DNA of 52,966 nucleotides, the filler included, from Sphacelaria rigidula (Eukaryota), in the NCBI GenBank assembly GCA_964200075.2. It is 4 parts of 4 records of this genome, joined end to end, with 100 filler letters (N's around TTAATTAATTAA, not from the genome) between each part and the next. Parts side by side here need not be neighbours in the genome. Positions count along the whole stretch, not along the records: positions 1 to 13,167 come from CAXNAA020003100.1; positions 13,268 to 26,434 come from CAXNAA020003101.1; 2 more parts are not named here. One strand, 5' to 3'. The notes beneath the pieces were generated by a model. The model worked only from the letters and a program-made list of their open reading frames with translations. It searched no databases and was not told the origin of the DNA. How positions within the stretch are numbered: position 1 is the first letter of the stretch; every line of letters starts with the position of its first letter. Positions 11,196-23,296 of this stretch are shown here, piece by piece. The position numbers and the translations under genes are program-made.

Positions 11196-12428
11196 TACAC
11201 GTGGACAAATAGCACCCTGTGGGGCACGTCTACAGGGTTCGGGGAAACTGTGCAGTGTTTCTCGCGCGGATCTGGCTGTAGTTTCTTTTTTTGCGTCCCG
11301 CAGGGCGCTTCACAGGGTTCAGGGAAACTGTACAGGGTTTCTCGCGGGGATTTGAGTGTAGGGTATTATTTTGTGCCACACAAGGCGCTTCACAGAGTTT
11401 CGTCACTCCGTGTAGAATTCATCGCTGTTAATATGCTGTGGACCCTTTATACCACGCATACAATATACTCTATACAGCATGGGCATGGTACTGGCAGAAA
11501 AAAACGGTCGAGAAATGGCAGGGGTGAGAATTTAATTCGCGATTTTGCGCTCGGGAGTACGTCAGGTTGACTATTGAACCACCTGAGTTGTTGCGTACGG
11601 CGCAATTATTTTGTGCCTTTAATAACTATCACACGAAAAACTCTCTACACAAAAGCATTCTAGGTTGAGTGATTTTGGTAGACTGCGGACCACGGAGTTT
11701 TCAAAAGCAATGTGGAGTCATTTGCGAGGTCTACACCACTATCCCAGTATCCACGTCTTGAGCGGAAGCTTAGTATCTAAACTCGTAGGCGTGTGGACAT
11801 ACACTCGATCGTAATCAATGTGTCGGATCTCCATTCAGCAAAAGCTATTGAGAATTATCCATCCTTTAGCCCATGTGCATGGATCGGGGGGCAAAAAGAT
11901 GACTAATTTTCAACATTTTTTCTGCTTGTCGGATCTTATATGCTGATAACGGTGTAGTATGCGGGATATGCCCAGCTGACGCTGTTCGCAATCAATTTCT
12001 TTTCCCCCAATCTCCGGATGAAATGGAGGGTAAAGTGAATATTTATTTCGAGCTTCTTCTGCTGTTCAAATTCCAAATCTGCGAGTGTGCATGGGATTTG
12101 CGCAGCAGTAGAAGCTGTTTGAAGTAGATGCTTTTTTCGCCCATTCATATTGCGCGAATAAATAATCTATTTCGAACAGCTTTTTCTGCTGTTCGAAATA
12201 TGTCCTTTTTTGCGCAAATAAATTGAGCGAAAAAAGGATCTGTTTTGAATAGCTCCTCCTGCTGTCCGAGATAAATTTACAGAATTGTACCAAAATAAAT
12301 TGGAATTCTCCAGATTGGCAAGGCCTCTCCACAGGGTTGCTTGCAGGGATGCTACACAGGGGTTTTCACAAAGACTGCGGAGAACCCTGTGCAGCTCGTC
12401 CTACAGGGTGCTATCTGTCCACGTGTGT
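11196..12428. mobile_element. Non-autonomous TIR DNA transposon (~1.23 kb) with subterminal repeats, possibly CACTA-like
   Basis: Left end ACACGTGGACAAATAGCACCCTGT...ACAGGGTTC matches the reverse complement of the right end (ACACGTGGACAGATAGCACCCTGT...ACAGGGTTC). TA-rich flanks, two 80-bp tandem units at 11231-11390, recurrent ACAGGG motifs at both ends, no convincing ORF. Confidence 0.7.
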
Positions 12429-12459
12429 ATATTGAATTGCAAGCGGGGTAGGCGGGACA

Positions 12460-12617
12460 AAGAAAAAGAAATGACCCCTGGGAGACTCGAACTCGCCTCC
12501 TGAGGAAACAAATTCAATAAAATATTTGCCAAAATAGATACAACTATTTAGTTGTTGGAATTTGCTTGAATCGCCCGAAGTTGCGGATTCGAGTCTCAAC
12601 CGGGTCATTTTTTTTCG
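12460..12617. repeat. Inverted pair of tRNA-3'-half-like sequences (B-box, stem, oligo-T)
   Basis: Minus GCGAGTTCGAGTCTCCCAGGGGTCATTTCTTTTT and plus GCGGATTCGAGTCTCAACCGGGTCATTTTTTTT, centred on CAACTA-TT-TAGTTG. Confidence 0.5.
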
Positions 12618-13167
12618 TTTTCGCTTCTCTTCTCCACAGGGTACGCTGCCGAAAGAAACAGGTCCATGATTGGTTCATGCCCGCTGTAGAGAGACATTTC
12701 GTTTCGGGCCAAAATGAGCAACGAAATAGTTGTACAGTGTGTGTATTTGAAATTGATACCGGGGAGGCCAACTTCCCGCATGGGTCGTGCGCCCCGGGGA
12801 ATTCCTGCCGCACCGGCATTCCACCGGCATGGCCGAATGACGCGTCAATGACACGCGAGGTTGAAAAAAATGGGGATGAACGAACGAGCATGGAATCTCA
12901 CACTGCAAGCGAATTCTCAAGGCAAATTCTCAATTTGTTTCGGCAAACTTTGCGGAATTCGGAGGCGTGAACGTATCCAGCCAAAAATGCAAAAGGCCTA
13001 TACCTAACCACGGCAAGCAGCGAACTAATGCACCGGAGCACAGCCGCAGCTACAAATGTCTGGTCAACTTTCGAGACAACACGCCAGAGGCGGCGGCGGG
13101 GGGGGGGGGGGTTCTCATGATCATGCATGCCATAGTCATCAGACCATTGACCTTGCATCCCTACCAA

Positions 13168-13267
13168 NNNNNNNNNNNNNNNNNNNNNNNNNNNNNNNNN
13201 NNNNNNNNNNNTTAATTAATTAANNNNNNNNNNNNNNNNNNNNNNNNNNNNNNNNNNNNNNNNNNNN
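13168..13267. other. Artificial contig linker
   Basis: 44 N + TTAATTAATTAA (stops in all six frames) + 44 N. Confidence 0.97.
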
Positions 13268-16200
13268 GGTCAAACGACTAAGGCAAGCAACAAATGAGTA
13301 CGCCCCCTTCCCCCCCCCCCAAAACAACCAGGAATGAAAAAATCGGCATAGGGGCTCGCATTTTTTTCGGGGACACTCCTGACTTGACTAAAAAAATGTA
13401 TCCCCATATATGGGCGTTGTGCCGATTTTATTTCTATTTTCCAGTAGACACGGATACTACTGCACCATGATGTTGCGCCTGGTTTTCGAAATGCACCCAG
13501 AAGAGAGAGGGTCGGCGAAGTCGACATAACCGATAATACAACCCACTGAGAATGGCATCCTCTTATCCTATAGTTCACCTTCCCAGCGACGTCGTCGAAG
13601 AAGCCCGACTCTTTCGTTCTAGGGCGGATAAATTGGTGTTGGGCACTTTGTCCAGGTCAGTGTTTTTCGACAATAATATGAAGGAATTTCGGAACAAAAT
13701 CTGAACTGTTTCCGCCCCGGTCCACGCTCCTACAATACGCAAATTCAGAAACAGGAATAAGAATCATAAGGAAGAACTACTGAATGTGCTTCAAGTAATA
13801 TCTGGCCGACGTTTCAGTGCCGTGCAACCAACTCCTAGAGCGCACGTACGGCGGTATCTCTGAACACTGTGTGCACCTCTACAGACGATACGGGCATGGC
13901 ATTTGTCCAGATGGTCATTTTCCAGAGGATATCCGGGTTCCATTTGTCAATGCGAGGTCAGTGCAACATGTGATGAACTGCACAGTACCCGATAGCTACC
14001 GCATCAGTATGTATACGTACGTCCTCGTTCGCTCAGTGTGTGCGAGGCTTGGGCTGCGGGAAGCCGCATTGAGGTTCTTTCGACGCAATTCCCAAAAGTT
14101 AGTTTTCACTGTGATCAATGAGGCAGGCCACCCAACCATGCCGCCACGTGGTGTTCATCGGATGCATCGTCGGGGAAAGCTGGTGGCCGCGCCGGGCCAG
14201 TGTTGACCAAAGGCCATATATTATATTTTGTTCATGAATACTCGAAGTGTCGAAGAACCGCCGAAGAACACATACGAAGTACACAAACGAAGTACTGAAC
14301 ACCGGGGGGAAGCTGACAGCATCGAACACCGTGAAAATTGGAATCACACCCCAAATCTTGTGCCTTCCACGGATCATCACTACAACCATGATATCGGTTA
14401 CCTAGCTTCGGGTCATTACAAAATCCCGAATAGCTAACATCCCTTCTATCTGTGATTCCCCGAAACGTCATGATTCAATTTTGATACCCATTTCCTCTGC
14501 ATTCAGGTACATGTTTCGAGAACATTTATTTCATTCTTGAGCGAGATTATATTTATTTCATCCTGAATACATATTTACGCCTCATTCTGAAAGCGAGAAA
14601 AAAATCATATCGCTAAATGTATACCAAACACTACATCACCAAGAACTGAAATGGAAAACCAGATCCTGTCAGGAACAAAACTTTTCCCGCCACGCATAGA
14701 CGTCGCAAATTCACCCACTTCAGCAATTGAAAGCTCAAATCGTGAATATCGTCCTCAATACTTATTCTGTAACCCATCAATTTATCATTTTAATAACTTT
14801 ATGCGTCAGTGAAACCAAAAGAAAAACTCGATATAATATATGGATAGCAATCCTAGTTATTCACAATTTGCTCAATCTTCCTTGAAACAATTAAGAAACA
14901 CAAAGATAAACGCACAGTCGGGATTCTTCCAGCCTCCTCAAGACTCATGATGACTATCAAGGGACACACTCAAGACTCCAACATTCGAATCCCTCAAAAA
15001 CGTGCCGTCCACATTGCAATCAGAATTTATTTGTCGTCTACGTGAAACTCTATTTGACGTACCATCTGTAACATGGTCGACATCAGGCAATTGTCTTTAG
15101 TCATCACATACGGGGATGGCCACATGGTAACCATGCACCTATGTTCAAGAAAAATCCCTACCAGTTATCTCCTTTTACCGTGCGCGAAATTATTCCTCGA
15201 AGTTTATATATGTTAAATAGTCAAATCCATCGTCGACCTTTTGAATATGTTTCTCTTTCAGGAAAACTAGTTTCAGCATACCCAAGTTCACATCCAGAGA
15301 AAATAGATCAGAAATTTATAGGCCGAGTAATTGTACGGGCTTTGAAGAGGGAAACAGCAGCATGCGCGGTGATAAGGAAAAAGCAACTGAGCTGCCGGGT
15401 TAGGCGGGGCAACGTGTTGAAGCGCGCGACAACACGAGCATGTAACATCACACATGTATGTCACGATATTTTTCCATTAGTAGTTTCGTGGGGTCAATCG
15501 AGCCGTGTCTTCTCGGCCCTTGTGACATACCTCACATGCTCTCCCTTGCTTGTTATCCTCAGCTTACTATAAAAAAGTACACGGCGGCTTTCAAATATGA
15601 GCATGTGTGTCTTCTCTCAGCTGCGCTCCATAAATGCCACCCAAGCAAACTCAGGCGAGATTCTTTTATCAGCGCTCGACGGCGTGGGCCGCAAATGAAA
15701 CGGCAAGTAGTCCATATGTCACGAGAACGCCCTTGCTCGTGGTGGAACTATATCTCGCCTCAGGCAGAAGCTTGTGGTGGCCTCGGCAGAGTAGAAACTT
15801 GAAGGCACCCTCCCCGCAGTGCGTATCGACTGGACATGACAAAAGAAACGAGCTGTACCTCACAGATTACAGATGCCAGCCCCCATGTGGGCCACGCAGG
15901 CAGCACCTAAGTCACTGCCAGAGGTATCTTGTTTCACTAGGCATGCCAAGAAAGTCTCCACGGTCGTGGGTTCTATACTGCATGGCCGTAACCGTAATCG
16001 TCTGCATTCATCCCTGCCGCTGCATCGACCCGCACAAGATACGAATGGGCATACAGCACCTGATGTTTGGTACCAGGCTGCAAAAGGCGTCCATATGGAC
16101 GACAATGGCGAAAACGAACCCAAGCGTGGGAATTCCCAGCTGCTCGTTGTGCTCGGCTTTTTGCATTTCGATTTACGTGTAGATTTTACCTCCCTCGACC

Positions 16201-17443
16201 AGCCACATTTTTGGGGGTGGCTATCGTAAAAAGTGTCACTGAGGGTTCAGAACAGCTGTTTGCTCGCTACGTAAAACGTCTTTTTTTATGAACATATGCA
16301 TGTTGGACATCTACATGGAGAGTAGTCCCGGAGAACCCCTGACCGGTTTTACCCTGCAGTCAAGTGCGAGCAGAGTCAGCATGTGTGCTGCATGTCTTCT
16401 TCGCTAGATACAACGGTAAGGAACGGTCAGCGTGCCGTCGCTCTCCACTAATTACAGTCTACTGCACTCTCCTGGTTTCTCTGCTCACTGTTTCACAACG
16501 ACACTATAGACAGTGCGAAGCTATGCTGGCAACACACAAGGGGTCAAGCAGGCGGTAAAGACCAACAGCCAAGTAGAAATCGCGTCATTTGTGTCCATAT
16601 ATATTTTGGTTGAATTGTCATGCCCAAAACGGGAAACATAAGTAACCATCGAGGTAGTCCATCTGTAGTCCATCCTTAGGGCAACAAGTGGCCATCCTGC
16701 CAATCACAGCTCCCAAAATGGTCACTCCGCTCCTCTTGGGTCTCGTTCCTGGCTTAGAATTTCCGTGGGAAACTTCCAAACACAAATGGTCAATGTCAGG
16801 AGAGAACCTTTCGCTCTACGAAAAATCATGGTTTGAGAACGCCTATCTGTATGTTTCAGAGATGTTTTTCCAACATCGTGTCTCGTATTAATGATGCCTT
16901 TTGTCTGGTAAAACTTGTATGATCGACTATTCTTAAAAGAAGACGATTTCTCAAGAGGATTGCTTTGCAAATGACAACACTCTCCAAACTATCTAAGATT
17001 TGTTCAAGAAAAAGCATGCAGCCCATGGCCGAATACAACTGCCCCCCCCCCCCTTTCCGAAAATCCATTGCACTGCTGGCAAGCCCAAGTGAAGATTCTA
17101 TAAAAAGCGGTGTTCATAAACATGCCGTGAAAAGATATTTCCTCGAAAAACAAAGTAAAATGTTCTCAAACAATTGGATTCTCGAAGCCCGCACCAAACA
17201 GTCTGACGTTGCTGCTGCCGCGACGGAAATGTTCACATACAATTTGGCTCCCAAATGTGATACAGCCGACAAGAGCCGATATGTCCGGGAAATGAAGCTT
17301 CTGACCGATCAAAAGCATTCAAATGACCACTGCTCCTCCCCCCCCCCTGGGTTTGTCGCTCGCCTGAGAATTTTCAAATTTTATGTTATTTTTCCAAGGA
17401 TTTTCGTGTGCACGGAAAACTGTCGCATGGCTATATCTGAGCC

Positions 17444-17613
17444 GGGCACAAGCCTCACATGACCATCCCTAAAACGGACGGCACAAGTGAAAATCGTGCG
17501 TGATCGTCTTGAAATTGGGCACAGGCCTAACAGAAGCATCTTTAAACCGGACGGCAAAAGTAGAAGTCTCACGCGATCATCTTAGAACCGATTCAGAAGC
17601 ATGGACATATGAA
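17444..17613 (+). repeat. Diverged direct repeat, copy A (two ~73-bp tandem units)
   Basis: GGGCACAAGCCTCACATGACC...GGACGGCACAAGTGAAA at 17444 recurs at 17517; ends AGCATGGACATATGAA. Confidence 0.6.
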
Positions 17614-18633
17614 AACGACACGCGTGAAAATTCGGACAAGTGTATCAAAAACAGCCGACCACGCGTAGAATAGAACGAGTTTTTTTTCTTACCATATGCA
17701 TGGTGAAATTATATGTCGTACACAAGCTTCCACGGTGTGCATAAAATGATCCGACCACGTGTAAATATGTGGAACGAGGGCGAGTATTGTGCAAGAGTTC
17801 AATCACCTTTGTGTTGTGTGCGTGCTTCACCTGCTTTTATGCCATGCCGTGCTCGGAAACTCTTGAACAAATATATCCAGCCAGTCCTGCTTGGAGTACC
17901 ACTGCAACATAAGGACGCCGTTGCCTCCCGACCATTATCAGACTCGGGAACTGGTGTCGGAAGTCCAAGCAAAACCACTCTCCGAGTGCTTTACACTCAC
18001 AACTACCCAATTCTTGGCTGGTCGGCTACTCTTTCAAGCGACCCCTCTTTGTCAGACATATTTCTACTGTTGGAGGGATGACGTGACTGGAATCGGAGGG
18101 CAATGCGCGTGGGTAGGCATACCCTCAAATCAAATCCAATGCTCAGGGTGCAACTTGCACACACGCTCGTTATTCCGACAACCACCGTTGGATAAAAGCA
18201 CAACAAGAGTGGTTTGCGGTAAGCTCGTGCTATTTCAACGGGGGGTAGCGTTACAAGACCCAGATAAAAATCCACGCCTTCAGTGCCTGCTCGGCCGGAA
18301 GGGCTGAGGGCGTGTGGTCTTAGAATTGTGAGTCCCTAGCGATAGATTTTTTTCAAAATTGAGGACTACGAATAGAGTTTTTGTAGGTCGCTGTTACTCG
18401 TGGCGCAGACACCTTTCAACAGCGTTGGGGCTCGAGGATATTGATCTGAGGCAAACGTTGTCGTTATAGCACGTGAGAAAGTGCTCCGAGAATGATCATT
18501 GGGCCGATATAGCTGTATCGATGTTTCAACAATCGGAAATGGCCGACTCGGTCCGTACGGAAATACGCATAGTCACTCGAATATGAATGATCGCTTGCAT
18601 CAAAAAGTATAACCTCATGCCCGTCTCTGCAAT

Positions 18634-18808
18634 GGGCACGAGTCTCACCGGACCATTTATGAACCAGCCGGCAAAAAGTGGAAATTTCACGTGCTCATCT
18701 CTGAAGCAGTCAAAGGTCTCACATGATACATGTTTGAACTGGACGGCAAAAGTTGAAAATCTCACATGACCACCCTCAAACCTGTCGAGGAGCATGGACA
18801 TGTGTGAA
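18634..18808 (+). repeat. Diverged direct repeat, copy B
   Basis: GGGCACGAGTCTCACCGGACC...GGACGGCAAAAGTTGAAAATCTCACATGACC...AGCATGGACATGTGTGAA, colinear with 17444-17613. Confidence 0.6.
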
Positions 18809-19001
18809 TCACTCGGTTTCTCCAGGAACCCGCATCCCCAGACCTTAAAAACACATCTCTCTTCCCCCTCCTCCAACGGGACCGTGAGCCAGCGGTTATT
18901 TTCCGCGGCGGGGCTCGCAGTTGAAGGCGTTATTAGTGACAATCAACGGTCTTAGTGAATCTCGGTACGATTGAGAGAGGTCTACGTGTGCTTTGTTTCA
19001 G

Positions 19002-22000
19002 CGTCGTCGATCGGTTTCGACGACCTCACGGACAGGCATACGCAGCCTTATCACCGGAGAACAGGGAGAAGGACGACGAGCTGTTGGGCCTTGCAAGATT
19101 GTACCGCCAGGTATTTTCGGTGCTTGTTCACGAGTATCAGTTCTCTCCTACGGACTGATGGACCATGAAACCGTCACCACTTTATTTTCTAGGAAGAACG
19201 ATCGTTGCGTTTGTACATACGAGTAGCTTCTAACAATGGACTATCGGATGTACCAGAATGCGAGTCTCCTAGAAAATATTTCTCGGGATATCCAATAAGT
19301 GGCAAAGCGAGCTTCGAAGCTATCCATTTCCCGTATCCCTTGTCTATCGATTACGTTTCAAACATCAAAGTAAGCGCCAATGTCTTCATTGTTTGAGAGC
19401 CCGAGATAATTTTCTCCCCACCCTTGTCGCCATCCTGACCATGGTCATGCAGGTACTCTGCAGAGGCGACGAGAAGAGCACACGCCGTGATGACACGTCA
19501 TCGTCCAAGGGTGATAGTTCCACGTCCGACATAGCCCATCTGTTGGCGATGAGCGAAGAGGAGAAGGCTTATCTAGCCAAGACTGTCTTCGCCGCGGCTG
19601 TAGCGCGGGAGGAGGCACAGCGAAGTATCAACCCCGGAGGCGATGGGTACGGAAAATCGTTTGGGGGCACTAAATTGGATACACAGGTACACACATGTAG
19701 ACTGCCATTCCCCTTATGGACACCACCATTCAGCATGAAATTGTTGACGTTCGGTTGCACATATCTATACTCTTACGTGTATGAATTGCAGATGCGCTGC
19801 TTGGCTTGCAGATGCGCTGCTTAGAAAGCATTTCCGCTTCCTCGCGTGGCACAGTAACCGCACCTCGTAGCTTGCGTGGCTCAGGAAGCGGAGTAACATC
19901 GCGTTTCTGGTCAGGTGGAAAACGAATACGCGAGCCTGGTGCGGGGTGCACCGAGCACCGAGTCAGAAGACTGTGTGCATCCGCTTCTGAGGCAGGTCTG
20001 CTGCGAAAATTCACAGGTGCGATCGACGGCAAGATGGAAGTGACTATCGAGCCGTCAAATTTCGTGCCGTGTCCAGATCAATGCCGCAGCGCAGCTTGGG
20101 GGAGTGTGGGCGGTTGTTGCTTTGATCGACGTCGTTTTTCTGTAGAGGCCTGAAGAAGGGTGCGTCCCACACACGGAAATTAAGGTGTGTACGCGCGGCG
20201 CAACTGTTTCATCGCACATCCTTGCAGAGAGGCTTCGCGGTAGTGGGGAGTGTTTCATAAGTTCTTGCTGAGTGGAGCGACGAATAAGGCAAGAACCAAC
20301 GCCATCTGAAGCAAAAGCAACACACGATGTAATGATAGGAACCCGCATCGACAGGAGCTGGAGCAACTACGGGCGGCTGGAAAATGGCTGCGATATCTCG
20401 GGGCGAAAGGTTGCTATCTGTGGATTCATTCGTTGACGAAAGAGGTGACAGCCTTACGGCCGCCAGACTATGAGGACGAGTGCGATGCTCGTGAGGGAGA
20501 TGCCGACCAAGACGTGGCCGGTGAGAGCCGGGTCGTGAATCTATGTAAATCCAGCACATTCAACAGTAGCGTGTGTTTGCTTGCTGCACAGAGCGTTACA
20601 TGCACAGAACCGATCCGCACCTCTCAAGCTACATGTATGTACAATATAGCCATACCTCATGGTTCCCACACCGATAATTATTCATCTCCTGCAGACGTTC
20701 GCTCTCTAGCCAACTCGCATTTTGGAAGGATCGCGAATCGCATCACATTGCCCATCTATTCTGTGCGCGCAGTCGAACCGTGTTGTTTTGCACGTGAATA
20801 CTTCGTGCGACAATATCCCCGAATGACAGCCTACAATCTACCTGGCCTCCACAGTATTCTCAACCCTCGTCTTACCCTTTCGTGGCGAGGACAACCGCTC
20901 AAAATACTCAAGTAGTAGAGGAGCGCCTTCTCGCTGCAACAGCCATCTCGGGAATTCGTATCCTGTTCTCCACGTGTATCCAGGCGGCTATCCGTCCTGT
21001 CCACTTTCCGGGATGCCCGATATGGTGAAGAAAATCATCGACGACGAGCAGAAAACGCCACTCTTAATCGACAACTCGGAAGATGACAAGGTCTCGGCGT
21101 ACCTTTCATATAAGGTGATTAGAGGCACATGATGCAGTGCACGCGATGGTTGACTCTTTAGGTCATTTGGTACTTCGGGTCCGTATGTGAGACCTGAGGC
21201 AGGAGGCGCTGACTCCTTTCGCTGCGTAGGTATTCCTTGCATATAGCGACAGCCCACACTTGCGCAAGGACTAAACGAAGAGATATGTTGACGTTCAGTT
21301 TCGCCTGCGCTGTTTGATTTAAAGTCGGGTACAATTCTGGGTACAGTATGACGAAAACGTGCCCCGACGGCCATCTGATTAGCTGAGATGGCCGCATACC
21401 CGCAGATGGCTGCGAAACCAAAAATTGCAAGTCAAGATGTCTTCCCCCCCTTGTGACTGATACTCGGTGAACAACTGAAAATGGTCGCAAATAAGTTAGA
21501 CGTATTTGATAACACGCACGAACCAAGACAGCGACCATCAAATGGAGTATTTGAGTTCGGGTTCACGAACCTCCGTTATACCACGTGCATCACTACCTCA
21601 CCATCTCCTACGGGCGTCATTCGGAGAGTTCCAGGATGTATAGGCTCCGAGTAGTGTGGGATACGTGTGTCGTTTCAACTTCCCTCTTTTGGTTGCTCAA
21701 GAATAAATGCGACGCTTGTCCTGCACTGAAAGCGTTGCAACGGATGGTTGTTGTCGAGCGATCTTCCGAAGTGGTCGCTCGCCATGCTCAAGTACTGCAC
21801 TCTGTCTCGCCTTTTTGCATCGATGTTGAGGTATACAGTAGATCGGGGAGAGACCAGGTGATTGCAGCGACATAAACTGGTATCGCAGCCATCTGCTTGT
21901 ATTCTGCCGTCTCGACGAATTGGATGGTTGTATATGAGGCATGCTGCATTGCAGCCCAGACTTGTACCTGGAACTGTAGGAAACGTGCGTGGATGTGCGT

Positions 22001-23296
22001 GAATGCCACCGTTCCCCATACGGTGATTGTTATGTTGAGTGATCGGTTGCTGAGTGATATTATTGCTGGTATATGGTATGGCTACGTCACGGGTGATGCT
22101 TTTTTTTCTCGTCATACTTTGAACCCCTCCCCTCCCTCCGGACAAATCCGTGGTCTCAAGGGATCATCCCATCTCCCCAAGTATCCCGCCAAGTACATAT
22201 CTGACATCTTGGCATCGTGCATTGGATCAGCACCCGCGCAGGGTGTCGAAAGTTGTCAACTTGTCTTTGATACTCGCTTCCTCATGCTTTCGACGACGTA
22301 CATCAGAGAAAATCAGATATTCCGGAGAAGAAATGAATAGCGTTGGAGCTGCTGGGAATCAAACCCCTACCCCGCCCTACCCGGTTTCAAGACGTACAGT
22401 ACCGGTTATACCATCAGGTCAAGGTCAAGGCGGAACTCAAAACCTCCAATTGCGAGTTGACTTTGGCTTAGCAGTGCTTCACCATGCTTCTGGCTGTTCG
22501 CTTGTCGATGCGAATGGTCTGGAGTAAGCAAAAAACGTGATGTACTACGCTGCACCATATGTCTACATATGCTTGGATGCAGGCAAATAACCCGGCGTGT
22601 TTAGTGAGCTCTGTTCTCCGTAAAAAACTGTATGTATTAAAAATACGTGATAATCTTGTCACCGTACTTTTCAGGCTACAACTGAAGCATATTATTGCCA
22701 TTTTTGTGTAATTTCTGCTCTCGACAGGCCGTGCTCGTGGATGTCTCCGTCCTGTCCATCGGATACCAGAAGTCGGGGGTGAAGGTGCGGTCACTCAATC
22801 ACTTGCAGTCTCGGGGGGTAAATACACTACGCACAGTGTACATGTGGTCGCTATAACACTAGTTTTGCTGAAAGCAAGGGATAATGGATTGATTTGGCAG
22901 ACTGCCAGCTGACTAATGTGAGGGAAAATAAGCACGAGCAATAGTTTGGCTGGCCGCAAGGAACATGATGTGAGACCGAGTGCAACATGCCAAGATGCAG
23001 AGTCCCCTCGCACAGCCTGGTCAGTGCTATCCCAAAAGTAGCAGCAAAGAGCGACATGCGTTTATCGAGAAGTTTGACTGTTGATGACCGTTTCAAAGAG
23101 CACCTCACAAGAATTTCGAAGAGTGTGATCTGTGTGCCCTGCCTCTGCCTCTGCGCACATGTTGTATATTCCGATCGGAAATGTTCGTCGTAAATGGTCT
23201 TGTTCATCGGCTACAAGGTGTCTGACCTCATGGAGACGGTGCGCGCGAGGGCCGTTGGAGCCATGAAGTCAGGCTCGTTGTTTGCTCTGCGATTAG
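19002..23296 (+). CDS. Partial multi-exon gene: uncharacterised protein with a WW-like motif and an IQANK1-like C-terminal segment
   Basis: Phase-consistent AG/GT exons 19002-19110, 19453-19686, 19915-20016, 20146-20184, 20355-20520, 20984-21114, 22728-22784, 23218-23296 give an open frame including GKWLRYLGAKGCYLWIHSLTKEVTALRP and KTPLLIDNSEDDKVSAYLSYK-AVLVDVSVLSIGYQKSGVK-VSDLMETVRARAVGAMKSGSLFALRL. Start and stop exons not identified. Confidence 0.65.

Noticed and set aside
13212-13223. TTAATTAATTAA recurring every ~13.27 kb as a biological motif
   Set aside because: It sits in the middle of fixed 100-bp N blocks; it is an assembly spacer.
16965-17462. 165-aa ORF as a gene
   Set aside because: No recognisable motif, includes poly-C runs and runs into a repeat block.
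19786-19825. 20-bp tandem duplication TTGCAGATGCGCTGCTT as an exon acceptor
   Set aside because: The acceptor at 19914 gives a cleaner phase-consistent exon; the duplication appears intronic.
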